Position numbers and translations under genes: made by a program. Below the pieces are notes generated by a model. The model did no database searches, was not told the origin of the DNA, and worked only from the letters and a program-made list of their open reading frames with translations. Below, piece after piece: positions 35,396 to 47,651 of a stretch of 64,000 nucleotides of DNA; the first letter of the stretch is position 1; each line of letters begins with the position of its first letter. This stretch comes from Zancudomyces culisetae HAW-14-8 (lineage: Eukaryota; Fungi; Kickxellomycota), in the NCBI GenBank assembly GCA_052426225.1, contig JBNJNM010000010.1, positions 1,364,001-1,428,000 on the forward strand, read 5' to 3'.

Positions 35396-37293
35396 ATGAA
35401 GGTTGACAATGTATCACTATTTGAAAAGGATGGAAATTTGAGTGAGTTCCACGTTTGGGTAACGGTTTTTCTGTCCGTTATAGCAACGGGACTGGGTGGT
35501 AAGACAAGGTTTCGTAGCCTTAACACCTTGTTTTTAAAGATTTTTTATTGTCGAATGGCACCAAGGCTGCAAATAGGTGGATGTGGAGGTACGATTCATA
35601 CTGTTTCCGCGAATTTAAGCATATAGGCATTAATAAAATAAAATAGCTTCCGTGCTGTATGTCGACGACTTGATACATTACATTGGGATCCCTAGAAGAT
35701 TTAGCCTACTAAAATCGAATGCATTCCTATCTGCAAACCTTAGTTTTTCGGCTGGTGTGATGGTAAACTTTAACACTATTGGGTTACTTAGAGAGATAAA
35801 TAAACACATCCTTGTTATTATTCGGATATTTCTGGAGTCAATATGATTTCTTTTGAGAAAGAAAGAGAAAACAGAACCATATATTTGAGGAGAAATGTAC
35901 AAAGCACTACATGAACACATAAAAGTAATTGAGCTTACAAACACCCGCTTCCTTTATCAAATAGATTTATACATCCCTAGGAGTTTTGATCTTTGAAGCA
36001 ATAGAGAGCTTTTCCAAAGTAAAGGAAATTGAAATAATCAATCTACACCCAACACTGACAACAGCAGTATTTGTGGTGCTTGGAGGATATATAAACGATT
36101 TATTATCCACGGCGTTGACCTACTTCCTCCCAACAGATAAAACGTCGGAGGTTGATTTGTGTTTGTGTAGCACGCAGCCGGGGGAGGTTTCGGGGATGGA
36201 TGATATGGGAAATAGTGGTCAGAATGGACCACTAGGTGTACAAATAAGTAGTAATAGCGATATACTCAAGAAAAACTGTGAAAGTCGCCACGAAGAAAGG
36301 TGTTTAATTGATTATAACGACGAAATGTGTATGTATAAAAGCACAGATACTGCCAAAGCATCGTCAGAAACAGTTAATATATTAAGTAATTGCAAGAAGG
36401 AGAAGCCAGGGAAATATCAAAACTATACAAGATATGGACAAGAAGCGCTAGGTGAGCGTGACATTAAAATTATGAATGTATGTCCTGTGCTGGAGACCCA
36501 CAAAAAAAGTCGTGTATGTGACGAAGAAGCGAAAATAATCAGCCATTCAGATCAAAGCGAAATTGAAATAGCCATTAATTCACCACTGGATACAGAAAAT
36601 ACAGGTCTCGGAGATTGGGGCTGTAATGGGGATTTAGCTATTGTTAGTAATAGTGGTAGAAATGCTGATATATCTCAAATGGAAGGCACGCTTTTACCAA
36701 GTGTTGCAGTTGTAAGCAGTTCAACAAACACTCCACAGGTCGAAGTTTCTGATTTAGGTAAAAAAACAGGAAAAAACTCGACATTGCTTTTTGTGGGGCT
36801 GAAAACATCGATAGCGGTAGCACTGCACAAGTTTCCCGAGGGTGTTATTTTATATTTATCCAGCACATCGTCACATCGCATAGGTCTTTGGGTTGCAAGT
36901 TCGTTGTTTGTACATAATTTCCCAGAGGGTTTGATGTTGGCACTTCCACTTTTTTTATCGACAAAATCCAAATCCCGAACACTGGCTATTGCATTGGTAA
37001 TGGGGGCAGTACCACCAGTGTTGGGAGCACTTTTTGGTGCATGGATGGCTCGTGCTACAGACGCAACAGGTGTTGATGGCATTACTCATTCAGAAAACAG
37101 AGGGCTGGTCCAGAATATGATGTTTGGATTAACTTTTGCGGTTGCTTCTGGAATGATGTTGGCTGTTTCCATCACTGGGATGCTACCTGCGGCGAAAATG
37201 TATGATCCGACGAATAAGTTTGTTACCACGATTTCATTTCTTGTTTCAGTACTCTTTTCCCATTTTGTTGGAAATGTAATTTTTGCAGATTAG
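35396..37293 (+). CDS. ZIP-family zinc/iron transporter (Zrt3/ZupT-like). Exons 35396-35498, 35647-35762, 35965-37293
   Basis: TM1 (VFLSVIATGLG), LSFSAGVM|IYTSL, metal-site motifs ALHKFPEG and FVHNFPEGL, and a long cytosolic loop. Confidence 0.88.
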
Positions 37294-39551
37294 TAAATGT
37301 AATTTTTTTTATGGAGGACGGATGATTTACTTGTATGAAAAAGTTAATGAATGGCTGGTAAATAAATACGGTTTGTCAGGCGTATGTATCCCCGATACTG
37401 AGAGTTATTGTAGTGTCTTTTAATGTGAAAGTCGATCAATGATTACAATTTGTAATTGACAAATATCTGTGATATTTTAGGAGAGCGTAGGTGTTGTGCC
37501 AGTAGATAGTTCCGAAGAGAGATTGGCAAGCAACTATTGTGATAATACATGGTTGTAAATCCACCAGGGTAAGATATCCATTGATTTGATAGGATATGTA
37601 CGCGATTTTGTTGATGAACAACATTAAGGTTTATCCGACTTTCAAAAATAATTTCTCAGGAATATTAAGAAAAAAAATACTTGAAATGCAAACCATGTTA
37701 GTCTTAAACCAACATCCGATGGTTATGAAATCCCTAGAGGGACCGAGAAGAATTGGTTGGATAAATATTGTACAGCACTATTTTTTTGTAATTGTGAATC
37801 TATTAATAAACTCATCAACTAAAAAAAAGAAAACACATGTTGTGGTGATATGTTTTTTTTTTTTGGAAAATCGGTCTTTTGGGTTATGTTAAAGCCCACA
37901 TTTCTGTAATTATAGGTGGTGAGCCTCTATAACAAACGCAAAAGAAAAGGATGAGAGGGTATGAAAAAATTGGGTAAATATGAGTACATGTGAGTAAATG
38001 GGGGGCGTGTGTGGAGTAGTGAATGGATAATGTATGGGGGAAAGTATACTCAAAGTGAAACAGGGTTAGCGGGGAATTGATATTATTTAAAACATAATGT
38101 TTGGTAGGTTGGGAGGAGAAGGTCTTATTCTGGAAGGTACAAGCACTGGATTCAAAATACTGCAGACCAAGCCATATTTCTATTTTTTTATGCTTTTCTT
38201 TTAATTTCATGAAAAGGACATGTTCAGGTGAAATTAGATAATAAAAGTAAACAAAGCTGGTGTTGGGGTTATTTCAGTTATTTGGCCATGTAGCTGCGTA
38301 GTGCCTGATAAACAGGCTCTATGGTGGTATTATTGGGTCCAGTTTGGGTTAACACAATGCTACATGTTATTTGTACTGTAAAGGAATGTGCACCTAAAAA
38401 AAGGGAATGGGGAAGTGTGAATAGTGAAGGGTGGAGGGGGGGGAAACTAATTTATAAATTACAAGAAATGACGTCGTTTGGGGGGACTTGGCTATTTTTG
38501 CTAATTTTGCATCGATTTTATTTTTGAGATTAGATGGGAAAAGCTGTGAATTAATACAATGTATATCGCCGAAAGGTCCAGGTAAATTAGCTAAAAAGGA
38601 ATTACCACTAATTAATTACCAGCTATTATTGACCAAATTACTTGCGAAAATGAAGATTGGAGGGTAAATTGAACCAAGTATACCTGCTCTACGGTTTGTG
38701 TAACAGCGTCAAAAATAAACGGAAAGGCTGGTTGTTTATTTTTATTTTTTTAATTGCTGCCCTTTGCAAAACAGTAATTTAAGATGATGAGAAAGAAACA
38801 ATAGATATAGGTTGGAAATCGTTAATTTCGCCGTTATGAGTAGAGGACTAAAGGGTTCCTGTGCATTTTTCTAAACGAGGTCTTATGCAAGCCCATTACA
38901 GAGCATATATTTCGGTAATACCAGAAAACAACTTTATGTAATATTTCCAAATTAAGTCAAGAAAAATTGTAAACCTATGGTAGAAACAACATAAATTAAA
39001 ACAGTATTCAAAAATAAATATACCGTTTTGATTGTAAATTTGAACTCATTGTTTTAAAAACAAAAAAATAGAAACAATAGCACAGTTGATATTAACAATT
39101 ATAATATTATTAAAACCCTGCCACAGCTACATAGCTTTTTACACCAACAGCGAAAACAACAGCTATACAGCCGTTTAATTAAATAACTAAACCCACTACT
39201 TCTCTTTTATTATTTTTTTTTACAGAAGCAAGGAACAGGGATAGGAACAAGAGTGTTAAAGACTAGAGGTAAGTGGTGGGCACAGATATATTAGGTTTAT
39301 ATATGTTATTTTAACCAAGTGTTTCATTAGTGAAGAGAGATAAGATTTGTGCAAAGGGAAAAAAAACCACTCACCAAATATTAAACTAGCAACTGTTTAA
39401 CGCCTAGGTAGCATTAGAAAGACATAAGCATATAAGCCAAAAACCAAGAAACATAGCATTTAGAGACTAGAGGTTGCAATAATTATAAGACCAGATTGAA
39501 GAGAAAAAAACAGACAAAGAAATTGCATTGAATAGATAAAAAATATAGAAG

Positions 39552-41097
39552 ATGGCAGCGACGCTTAAAAAGAACTGGGGAAAGCTTGGACAGGTAAAGA
39601 AAGCAGACGGTTTATAGAGATTAATAAGAGTAATACAAAACAAAAGTGACTAAATAAATACATAAAACAAAAACATAGTGGACAGAAAAATTTGGTGGAA
39701 CAGAAAAGTCGGATATGCCAGATCAATTTAGAGCGCTGGTATTGGAAACAAATATCAAGAGAGAGGCAACGGAGAGTTTGTATATGGCGTTCCAGCTGTA
39801 TGTGGCACAGATGCTAAAGAGAAAAGATACGACAGATAATAGCAACAAAAAGAAGTTTATATTGGAGAACTTGGGATCAACAATGTCACAATTAGGAGAG
39901 GGGTTGCCAAGGGACTCAAGTTTTGGGGAGACTTTAATACGGATGGGTAAGGTAGAAGAGGAAATGAGTGGTATACAGCAAGGGTACACGACAGAAATGA
40001 GAGAGAAGTGGGTGAGCATGCTGGAAAGACAAAACGATTTGTTGCAGGATTTTGCAAAGCTGTACAAAAAATTTGAAAAGAGGAAGGCTGAGTACGATAT
40101 GAAGACAAGTAAGCTAAACAAGAGCAAAAACAAGACCCAGGTGCTTGAGGATGAAACTAGAATAGCACAGATCCGGAAGGATGAAGCGTACAACTCGGTG
40201 GTATCGAAAATGCTGGAAGTGCAGGACACAGAGCAAGAGTGTTTGGAGTCGCTATATGCATTTTACAAGGCACAGGTACGATTCCACAACGAATCGATGA
40301 AGGCACTCGCAGGACTGGGAGTGGTTTTTGATGGATGCATGAGGGAGAGAAGAGCACCAGCAAGAGAAAGATACCGGGGATTGTTGAAAAAAGATGTAGA
40401 CACCGATCGACGTGCAACACTGGAGCGGGTCGACAGCACAGTTTCGCGCAAAACCAGTACAACCGCAGACACATATTTTGGCGATTCGGATGACGAAGAT
40501 GGCAGGAAAACTACCGGATTGGTTGGGTCAGATCATGCTGGATCAATGCGCCGGCCGGCCCCGCCACCCCCACCACCACTCAATGCAATCAAAAACCTAA
40601 AAGTCCGTGACAGAGTACTGCGCAAAGCTATTCACAACTTCACTCCGCAATCTGCCGAAGAGCTGGAACTCAGGCAGGGCGACGTTATCGAAGTTATTGA
40701 AGAACATGACGACGGCTGGTGGGCCGGTGCTATCGCCACTTCGTCCAACCAGGCTGCTATTGGCACCCAGGGTCTGTTCCCCGAAACCTACACCCAGCCT
40801 CATCAAGAACTCAAACCTGCCCCGCCTCCACCCAAACCCAAGCCGCTGCGGACAGCTACAACTCTTCCTCAACCTCCTTGCCAGCCTCAGCCCGTTGTGC
40901 GTATCAGCGGAGGTTACGTCAGCAACGAGTACCCCTCATCCATAGCTGCAAAACCCAATCCTTTCCAATCCAAGCCCCAGAAGGACCCTTCTCCGTTTGT
41001 GGCACAAACTCTCGACTGCTCAACGTGTGGCTGTGATGAGTTTGTCGAGCATCCATTCAAGCGCGGCTCTTGCAACAATTGTTTCCACAAGCACTAA
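39552..41097 (+). CDS. Endophilin-like N-BAR + Pro-rich + SH3 protein with a C-terminal Cys/His cluster. Exons 39552-39593, 39679-41097
   Basis: Amphipathic N-terminus LKKNWGKLGQ|WTEKFGGTEKS, a BAR helical region, and SH3 (KAIHNF...ELELRQGDVIEVIEEHDDGWWAG...GLFPETY). Confidence 0.88.
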
Positions 41098-41108
41098 GCC
41101 AAACCCAC

Positions 41109-42836
41109 TCAGCTGTTCACATATGGTCCATATCGCCGCTCATATTGCGCTTTTAGTCTCCGAAATCCGTATTCTCGGAATTGTTGTAGTTGTGTTTCAT
41201 TTACCGCTTCGTTATTGTCTTGGTAGTTTTTTGCATAATATTCATTATATATTCTTTTCATTATGTTTATTTCTTCGGCTCTTCCAAATAAATGTGCCAA
41301 CCTCTGCTGCTCCATTTCCCCTATTTCATCTGCTGCCTCTTGATTGCTCTCCATCACACTTCCTCGCTCAAGGCTCATTGTTACTGGCTCAACGGTCACA
41401 TATGGCGATACCTTGATTGAAAAAATCAGGTCCCGTAGCCGCAGTGTTCTTTTACTACTGTATAATCTTTCTATCACATTACCACCACTGATTTTGCTGT
41501 TACTCTTATTTCCAGCATCTCCCACCCCTGCTTCTGTTCCTATTCCTATTCCCACCCCCGCCCCCACTCCCACTCCTACCACGGTATCACTATTGGTGTC
41601 GGTGCTATCCGCTTCATTTTTTACATTTATATTACCAATACTACCCTCTAATAGTTTTTGATGGTATACACTTTTTTGTTCTTGGCTCAGATTACTAGCT
41701 CCTCGCTTAACATACTGTCTATTCACCGGTATTCCTACATCCTTATTCACATTCTCATCATTTTCGCCGCTTTCATCGTCCTCATTTCCAAGTAGCCTGA
41801 CTTTATAAACCATGTTGGTAATGATGTTTTTCAAATGGCACTCTAGTGCATACAACACCAGCTCTACAATTTCCTCCTGATCGGCAAATTGATTGTGGCT
41901 ACTACTACCTCCCATTCCCCCTCCTCCACCACTACCAGTAAGAACACCATTGTTAAGGCCGTGACCTCCACCTCCATAGCTGGTGTTGTTCACCACCAAT
42001 CCATACTCTAAACTAATCGCTCTAATCCGGTTCCTCAAGCTTATTTTGTCTGGTAAACTCTTACTTTCAAAGCAACTAGGTTGAACTATCCCACGCGCAA
42101 GATCCAGATTGTAACCTATTGGTAGTTTGTTATTTGGAACTGGAAGCACTACCTTGTCAAAAAACATACCACTTTTGTTTTTGCTACCACCGCCTCCGCC
42201 ACTTTCCTTTTTCTTTGTCTGTTGTTGATTCTGTTGACTCTGGCCTGATTTTTGTAACTCTGCCTGTCTTTTCAAATATTTTATTGCTTTTTTATCGGTT
42301 TTCGTCAGTTGTTTGATCATTTCCTTAACCGTATCCATCTCTGTCTTTACTCGCTTGTTCTTTCCACTTTCTCCATTAGTGTCCTGTTCACTTTGCGCCT
42401 TTCTCTTTTTCTCACTGCTTTTATTCTCTTCTATCCCAGCAAGCCGCCTTTCTTCCTCCAACTGCAATTCCTTTTCTCGCTCCTCCATAACCTCCTCGAG
42501 TTCAGTATGAACATCCTGCTCGGCCCGTTCCAAAATACTCAATATAATCTCGTTGTGTAAGTATGTCTGATTTCCCAGTACACTCACTATATATTCCCGA
42601 TACTCCTGAGCACTCAGCTTCCCTACCATAAACGCTCGGAACTTTTCCCAATACTCCTTTTGCATATCCACACTTATTTTTGTTTGTGGGTGCAGGTGTA
42701 CTTGCTCTTTCTGATTGTTGTTGCTGATCTGCAGCACCTCCAAGGCATAATTGAGGTTTTTTTTGGCCTTGTCTAGCTTTACCAGCTGCTGCTTGCTCCA
42801 TTCGTCATCGCCAGGTTTTTTCTTTTTGTCTTCCAT
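41109..42836 (-). CDS. ADA1: SAGA complex subunit Ada1/Hfi1 (TADA1)
   Basis: YWEKFRAFMVGKLSAQEY...LHNEIILSIL, and histone-fold region CFESKSLPD...LRNRIRAISLEYGL...VELVLYALECHLKNII. Confidence 0.85.
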   Translation of the reverse strand: MEDKKKKPGDDEWSKQQLVKLDKAKKNLNYALEVLQISNNNQKEQVHLHPQTKISVDMQKEYWEKFRAFMVGKLSAQEYREYIVSVLGNQTYLHNEIILSILERAEQDVHTELEEVMEEREKELQLEEERRLAGIEENKSSEKKRKAQSEQDTNGESGKNKRVKTEMDTVKEMIKQLTKTDKKAIKYLKRQAELQKSGQSQQNQQQTKKKESGGGGGSKNKSGMFFDKVVLPVPNNKLPIGYNLDLARGIVQPSCFESKSLPDKISLRNRIRAISLEYGLVVNNTSYGGGGHGLNNGVLTGSGGGGGMGGSSSHNQFADQEEIVELVLYALECHLKNIITNMVYKVRLLGNEDDESGENDENVNKDVGIPVNRQYVKRGASNLSQEQKSVYHQKLLEGSIGNINVKNEADSTDTNSDTVVGVGVGAGVGIGIGTEAGVGDAGNKSNSKISGGNVIERLYSSKRTLRLRDLIFSIKVSPYVTVEPVTMSLERGSVMESNQEAADEIGEMEQQRLAHLFGRAEEINIMKRIYNEYYAKNYQDNNEAVNETQLQQFREYGFRRLKAQYERRYGPYVNS

Positions 42837-43046
42837 ATTTAATAATCGCTACTTAATTTGGATTACCCCTGCTCTAGTTCTAAAATTATTTGTTTTTTAT
42901 TATTAACAAATCCATATAAAATTCAAATCTCAATAATAATAAAATACTAAAAAAAATAGCCCCTATTAAAACGCGTTTCATTACTTTTATCCAATTTATC
43001 ATATTACTATTACAATCACTACAACTAGAACAAACAAAAATGCTAA

Positions 43047-43907
43047 TTAAACAATTTGAACTTTATATTTGCAGGCATTGACACCCTTATAAATCCCATC
43101 ACTCAAGTGCAAATCTCTATCGTTAAACCCTACGGTAATGTGCGGCCAGAACGCTCCATAATCAAACAGCGCACCATCGCCGCCTCGCCTCTTGTATAAG
43201 TCAAAGATATTTTTTCTGATTTGCCGGAACTTTGAACAATTGTCCTCGACTACAAGAAAATAGGTATATAAATTCCTGCCAGAGACGCCACTACTACTTG
43301 TGTGTTGAGCTGGATTTTGTATGCCCTGTGCATTCTGCGATGTTTGTGATGTTGTTTCTGCTACCATTCCTTTGCCTACGCAAGCAATCCCAAATTTGGC
43401 CCCTTGTATATCGTTTTCAAGTGCGATTTTGTTAATTTCTTGCATCGTTACCATTGATTTGATGACATTATATTCAATCGGCGTCAGAATAGTGATGTGA
43501 GACTCGCCACCACGGTTCTTCAGTTTTTCACCCCCATCTCCTTCTCGCCCCTGCAGCATATCGTTTAGCTGGTCCAGTACATTTTTTATTGGCATATACG
43601 GGATATTCATCTGCAACCAAGCCATACCTTGGCTGTCTTCATCTCCGTTGTGCTCAGTGAAATTTACTGACTTTCCATTGAAAACTTCTCTACCGACATT
43701 AACCACACTCTTGTTTGCACCATTCAAACCAGTATTTTTACTATTGTAGTCGCTTTTACGCCTATAGCCTGCATCTACCTCAAGTTGGAAACTAGATTTG
43801 CCCGATTTTGCGTTATGATTTATCCGGAAGGCGGGACATACAAATGTTATACAAGATAAAACTATTGTTGCTGCCGCTGCTAACGCTCTAAGGCTGCACA
43901 CACCCAT
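43047..43907 (-). CDS. Secreted 2H phosphoesterase superfamily protein (286 aa), intronless
   Basis: Two H-x-T-hydrophobic motifs (ESHITIL, WPHITVGF) and a hydrophobic signal-peptide-like N-terminus. Confidence 0.8.
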   Translation of the reverse strand: MGVCSLRALAAAATIVLSCITFVCPAFRINHNAKSGKSSFQLEVDAGYRRKSDYNSKNTGLNGANKSVVNVGREVFNGKSVNFTEHNGDEDSQGMAWLQMNIPYMPIKNVLDQLNDMLQGREGDGGEKLKNRGGESHITILTPIEYNVIKSMVTMQEINKIALENDIQGAKFGIACVGKGMVAETTSQTSQNAQGIQNPAQHTSSSGVSGRNLYTYFLVVEDNCSKFRQIRKNIFDLYKRRGGDGALFDYGAFWPHITVGFNDRDLHLSDGIYKGVNACKYKVQIV

Positions 43908-44375
43908 GGTTTATCCTTGTTACTGATTTGTTTACAGCTAGTTATTTCTACAAATTTGCCCTTGTTAAATTAACTTTATTCCTGGAAAACCCGGTCGATG
44001 GTTTAAGAAAGCACGAGAGTCGGTCGTGGATTGTGTTTCAAATTCTAATATTCAGCATTTTCAAAACCAACAGCGAAAATAGACCCAAAATAAATTATCA
44101 GCCATGTTATTTGGCCATGCTATGTACATTCTTTGGTGGTGTGGGTTTTTAACAGAGCCCCCTTTTTTTTGCTCTAGGCCATATCCACATGCCGCATGGG
44201 CATGCACAACTGGAAGCTACACCTTCAAAAAAACCACAACCCACTATCGTGAAGACACTACTTTGCGTCAACTCGCTTTTTATCTTGCATCTGACTTGCT
44301 GGTATATTAATTTATTACTTTAAAGATAAATGTTTATGCTTTTCAAAGAATTAAATATTTATAAAATCTGTCTTT

Positions 44376-45623
44376 TCAGATCTTTGGAGAGGCTAAAATA
44401 CCCCCATCAACTACCAGAACAGATCCAGTTACAAACGATGCACCTTTCGAAGATAGGTATATGCTAGCGGCCGACATATCCCGGGGATTGCCAATTCTGC
44501 CCAAGGGAATGGCTCTTTCATACGCATCACCACCTTTTTTCAGTGTCTCAGCCATCATCTTTGATTGGAATGGACCTGGTGCAATGGTATTGACTGTAAT
44601 ATTACGCTTGGCCATCACTAGAGTAAGTGCCTTGGTAAGGTGAATAATTCCTGCCTTTGACGCAGAGTACGCATAATTCTCACTACTTGGTGTTCCCAAT
44701 CCGGCTATGGAGCTGATGTTAATTATTCGTGATGGATCTTCGCGGGTTCCTCTTTTTTCTAGCAATCGAACGAGGCTAAAAACAGAAAAATAAATGTGAA
44801 AACAACGAAGAATACTTTCGTATACAACTTTGAGCTGTGGAAAACGTTAATATCTGATGCATGTATAGCCCACCAACTTGGTAAGGTAGTTGTAACTAGT
44901 AACTTACTGTTGACACAGGTAGAATATATGAGTTAGATTCAAATTCATCACTTTTTCAAATCCAGATTGTGGATAATCATCAAACTTTTCTCCCCAAGTA
45001 GCACCAGCATTGTTGATCAATATATCTATGCCGTTAGGCTCCAGTCGATGCATTTCGTCGGACAGCCTCTTGATGCCCTCTACCTTTGATAAATCACTTG
45101 GTACTGAATGACAGGTTCCTGGACCCATTTCGGTGAGTTTTTTCGACACACTCTCACAAACATCGGCTTTACGACTGCTTATATATACTTTTGCCCCATT
45201 GGCCACAAAACCCTAGTTAATACAACAAAATTTCATTGATTTATAATAAAGGCCATATCAAAAATTGCTTCACCATATATCTTCTTGGTTTTTAGACCTC
45301 AAACCCAGATATTCTTGGCATTGACAAGAATGGTTCTGTTATACTTTACCTCTGCAATCATATAGCCAATTCTATGCGCAGCAGTGTAGAGGATTGTTAG
45401 ATTATTTAGCTAGTGATATGTTTGAACTCTAACAAACGCAGACTAGAACCAACTATTACACTCCTTGAAATAGCAAGAAAATATATATCTAAATATTAAC
45501 TTTGAATAAATCACTGTATATACACCATAAAATACTGTATCTTATATATCGTTCTTACCCACTCGAACCGCCTGTAACAAGAACGATTTTGCCGGAAACG
45601 CCAAAAAGCTCGCTGACATTCAT
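44376..45623 (-). CDS. Classical short-chain dehydrogenase/reductase (RhlG-like). Exons 45623-45559, 45371-45350, 45212-44908, 44775-44376
   Basis: TGGSSG|IG, NNAGATWG, YSASK, VNTIAPGPFQSKM and VDGG motifs; exon phases are consistent. Confidence 0.92.
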
Positions 45624-47651
45624 CTTTTTTTTTTTTACCTTTCTGAAGTTGTGTTGTGTTTAAAGTAAAGAATTTTATTTCTAGTAAGAGTATTTAAACT
45701 TTTATTACAGTGTTTAAAATAAAAACAGGAGTGATAAGGGATTACAAACTGCTATAAGTTTCCCTCTCCTTTGATAATATTTGATCTTCAAAATTGCACA
45801 TGAAAGTAACGCCAAAATCATCCAAAAATCATGCAAATACCAATGGCTATTGGGTTTAGTAATCGCGGATGTGAAACAAAAACAGCTCTAACCCGTATTT
45901 TCAAAAAGTGAAACAAAGCTGATGCAATCGTGATTGTTATTTTTTGAGTTCGGGACTAGCGGCTGAATAAGAAACTACGAATTCAAACTAACAAAGTGGT
46001 GTGTGAGCTATGCCGTGTAATATCGATACAGCTGTACCTTAATAAACTGGGATTATCCTTTCGCCGTATCGTTCTTGTGGTCCATTATTTCATTTGAACG
46101 TAAAAAAGGTACGCACAGAGTAGGTGGTACTTGCAGCTTATATTTTCTACAGCTGGACAAGCGCCACATTCAAAACACATGCTGCTGAAACGACTCAGTG
46201 CACTGGTTCAGCAAATTCCGGTTCTTGGTGCTTATTACTCCCACATAAAAAAAAAGTTTGGTTTTAACGTTCTAGCTGTCTGCACAAATGCCTATTTGGT
46301 AACACAGGTATTCTGGAACTTGGAAAACAAACACACCAACTTTTCTTTGTCTTTAAACAGTCAAAGTTCATATATTAAGAGTGATTTTTAAAAATATGTT
46401 TGTGGGTTCCTACCTGGCAATCGTTACTGGAAATATGCTAGCACTTCTACACAAAGAAACGCAAAGGCAAATACTAAGATTATTTTGACCACCTCTATAT
46501 GTGGTATATGCCTGTTTAAAAAGATCTAGGAAAACTAAATAAATATTAAAAAGAAATGTATATATTGTAATTTTTATGGATACTGGGGATATTAACTATT
46601 AACTATTAACATAGAGTGGGAGACACTACACCCAGACAGTTTTTAGAATATAAAGTTTATATAGCATCTATTTAGTTTTAGCTCAATTATATTTACTTTT
46701 TTTTTTTTGGAGAAGTGGCCTACCTACCTTTATACCCTGGAACCAATAAATGGCATGTCCCAAGAAATACCTCTGCAAATATTTGATAAAGCAAAAGCTG
46801 TATCAGGTTCTACACTGCCACCTACTACCAGGAATATATATTCTCCAGTTTATTATGGCATCGCTAAAGCTCATCAACTTAATGCGATATAAAATGCTGG
46901 GCCCAGACATATCTGGAATATCTTTTTAGGGTGGAGAAACAATCTGGTTAGAAACTCAAACATCCCCCACATCTTGATAATTTTATAGTCCCGCAAACCA
47001 ACACAATCGGAAGGTATTCAGTTTACAAATGGTTTGCTTCCACTTTATTAACATAAGTACGCAAAAAAAAAGAAAGACGCGAATAAACTTTGTGGCTATA
47101 GTAAGGCGCAGTACAAACTATTTTAGGTCGAAAATTGCTTCTTAGCCCGGACTAACTCCCTCATTACCATTAACAATAACAGGTTGCTTATAATAGATAC
47201 TAGACCCTATTACTACTGTTTAATCCAAAATTAAATAAACGAACTGGATTATTTGGCAAATTCTTCATACAGTTAAACCATGCGATTTTGTGTAGATAGA
47301 TTCGCAGTCAACATTATTTCAGTACAGGGAAGTCCTAGGTCATATCCTCGGGACTGCAAGACTGTATCTACAAGTCAAGAAAATCGTTATACTAAAACTT
47401 GAAAAATATCGAGTTAATGCCCTAGATTCAGGTGGTTAATATTATTATATATTAAAATATTGTAATACTCAGTGACATATCATACTAAATGTATTAGTAG
47501 CATATTTCAAAAGACACATCATATAGAATAAGTGCTGACCTGAAAAACGTATAAAAGGGCAAACAATTTATCCAGGTTGAGAATAAACACATTCGACATA
47601 GTAAAAACAAAGGCATATCTTTAACAAAGAGATCAGCATAATATATAAAAA

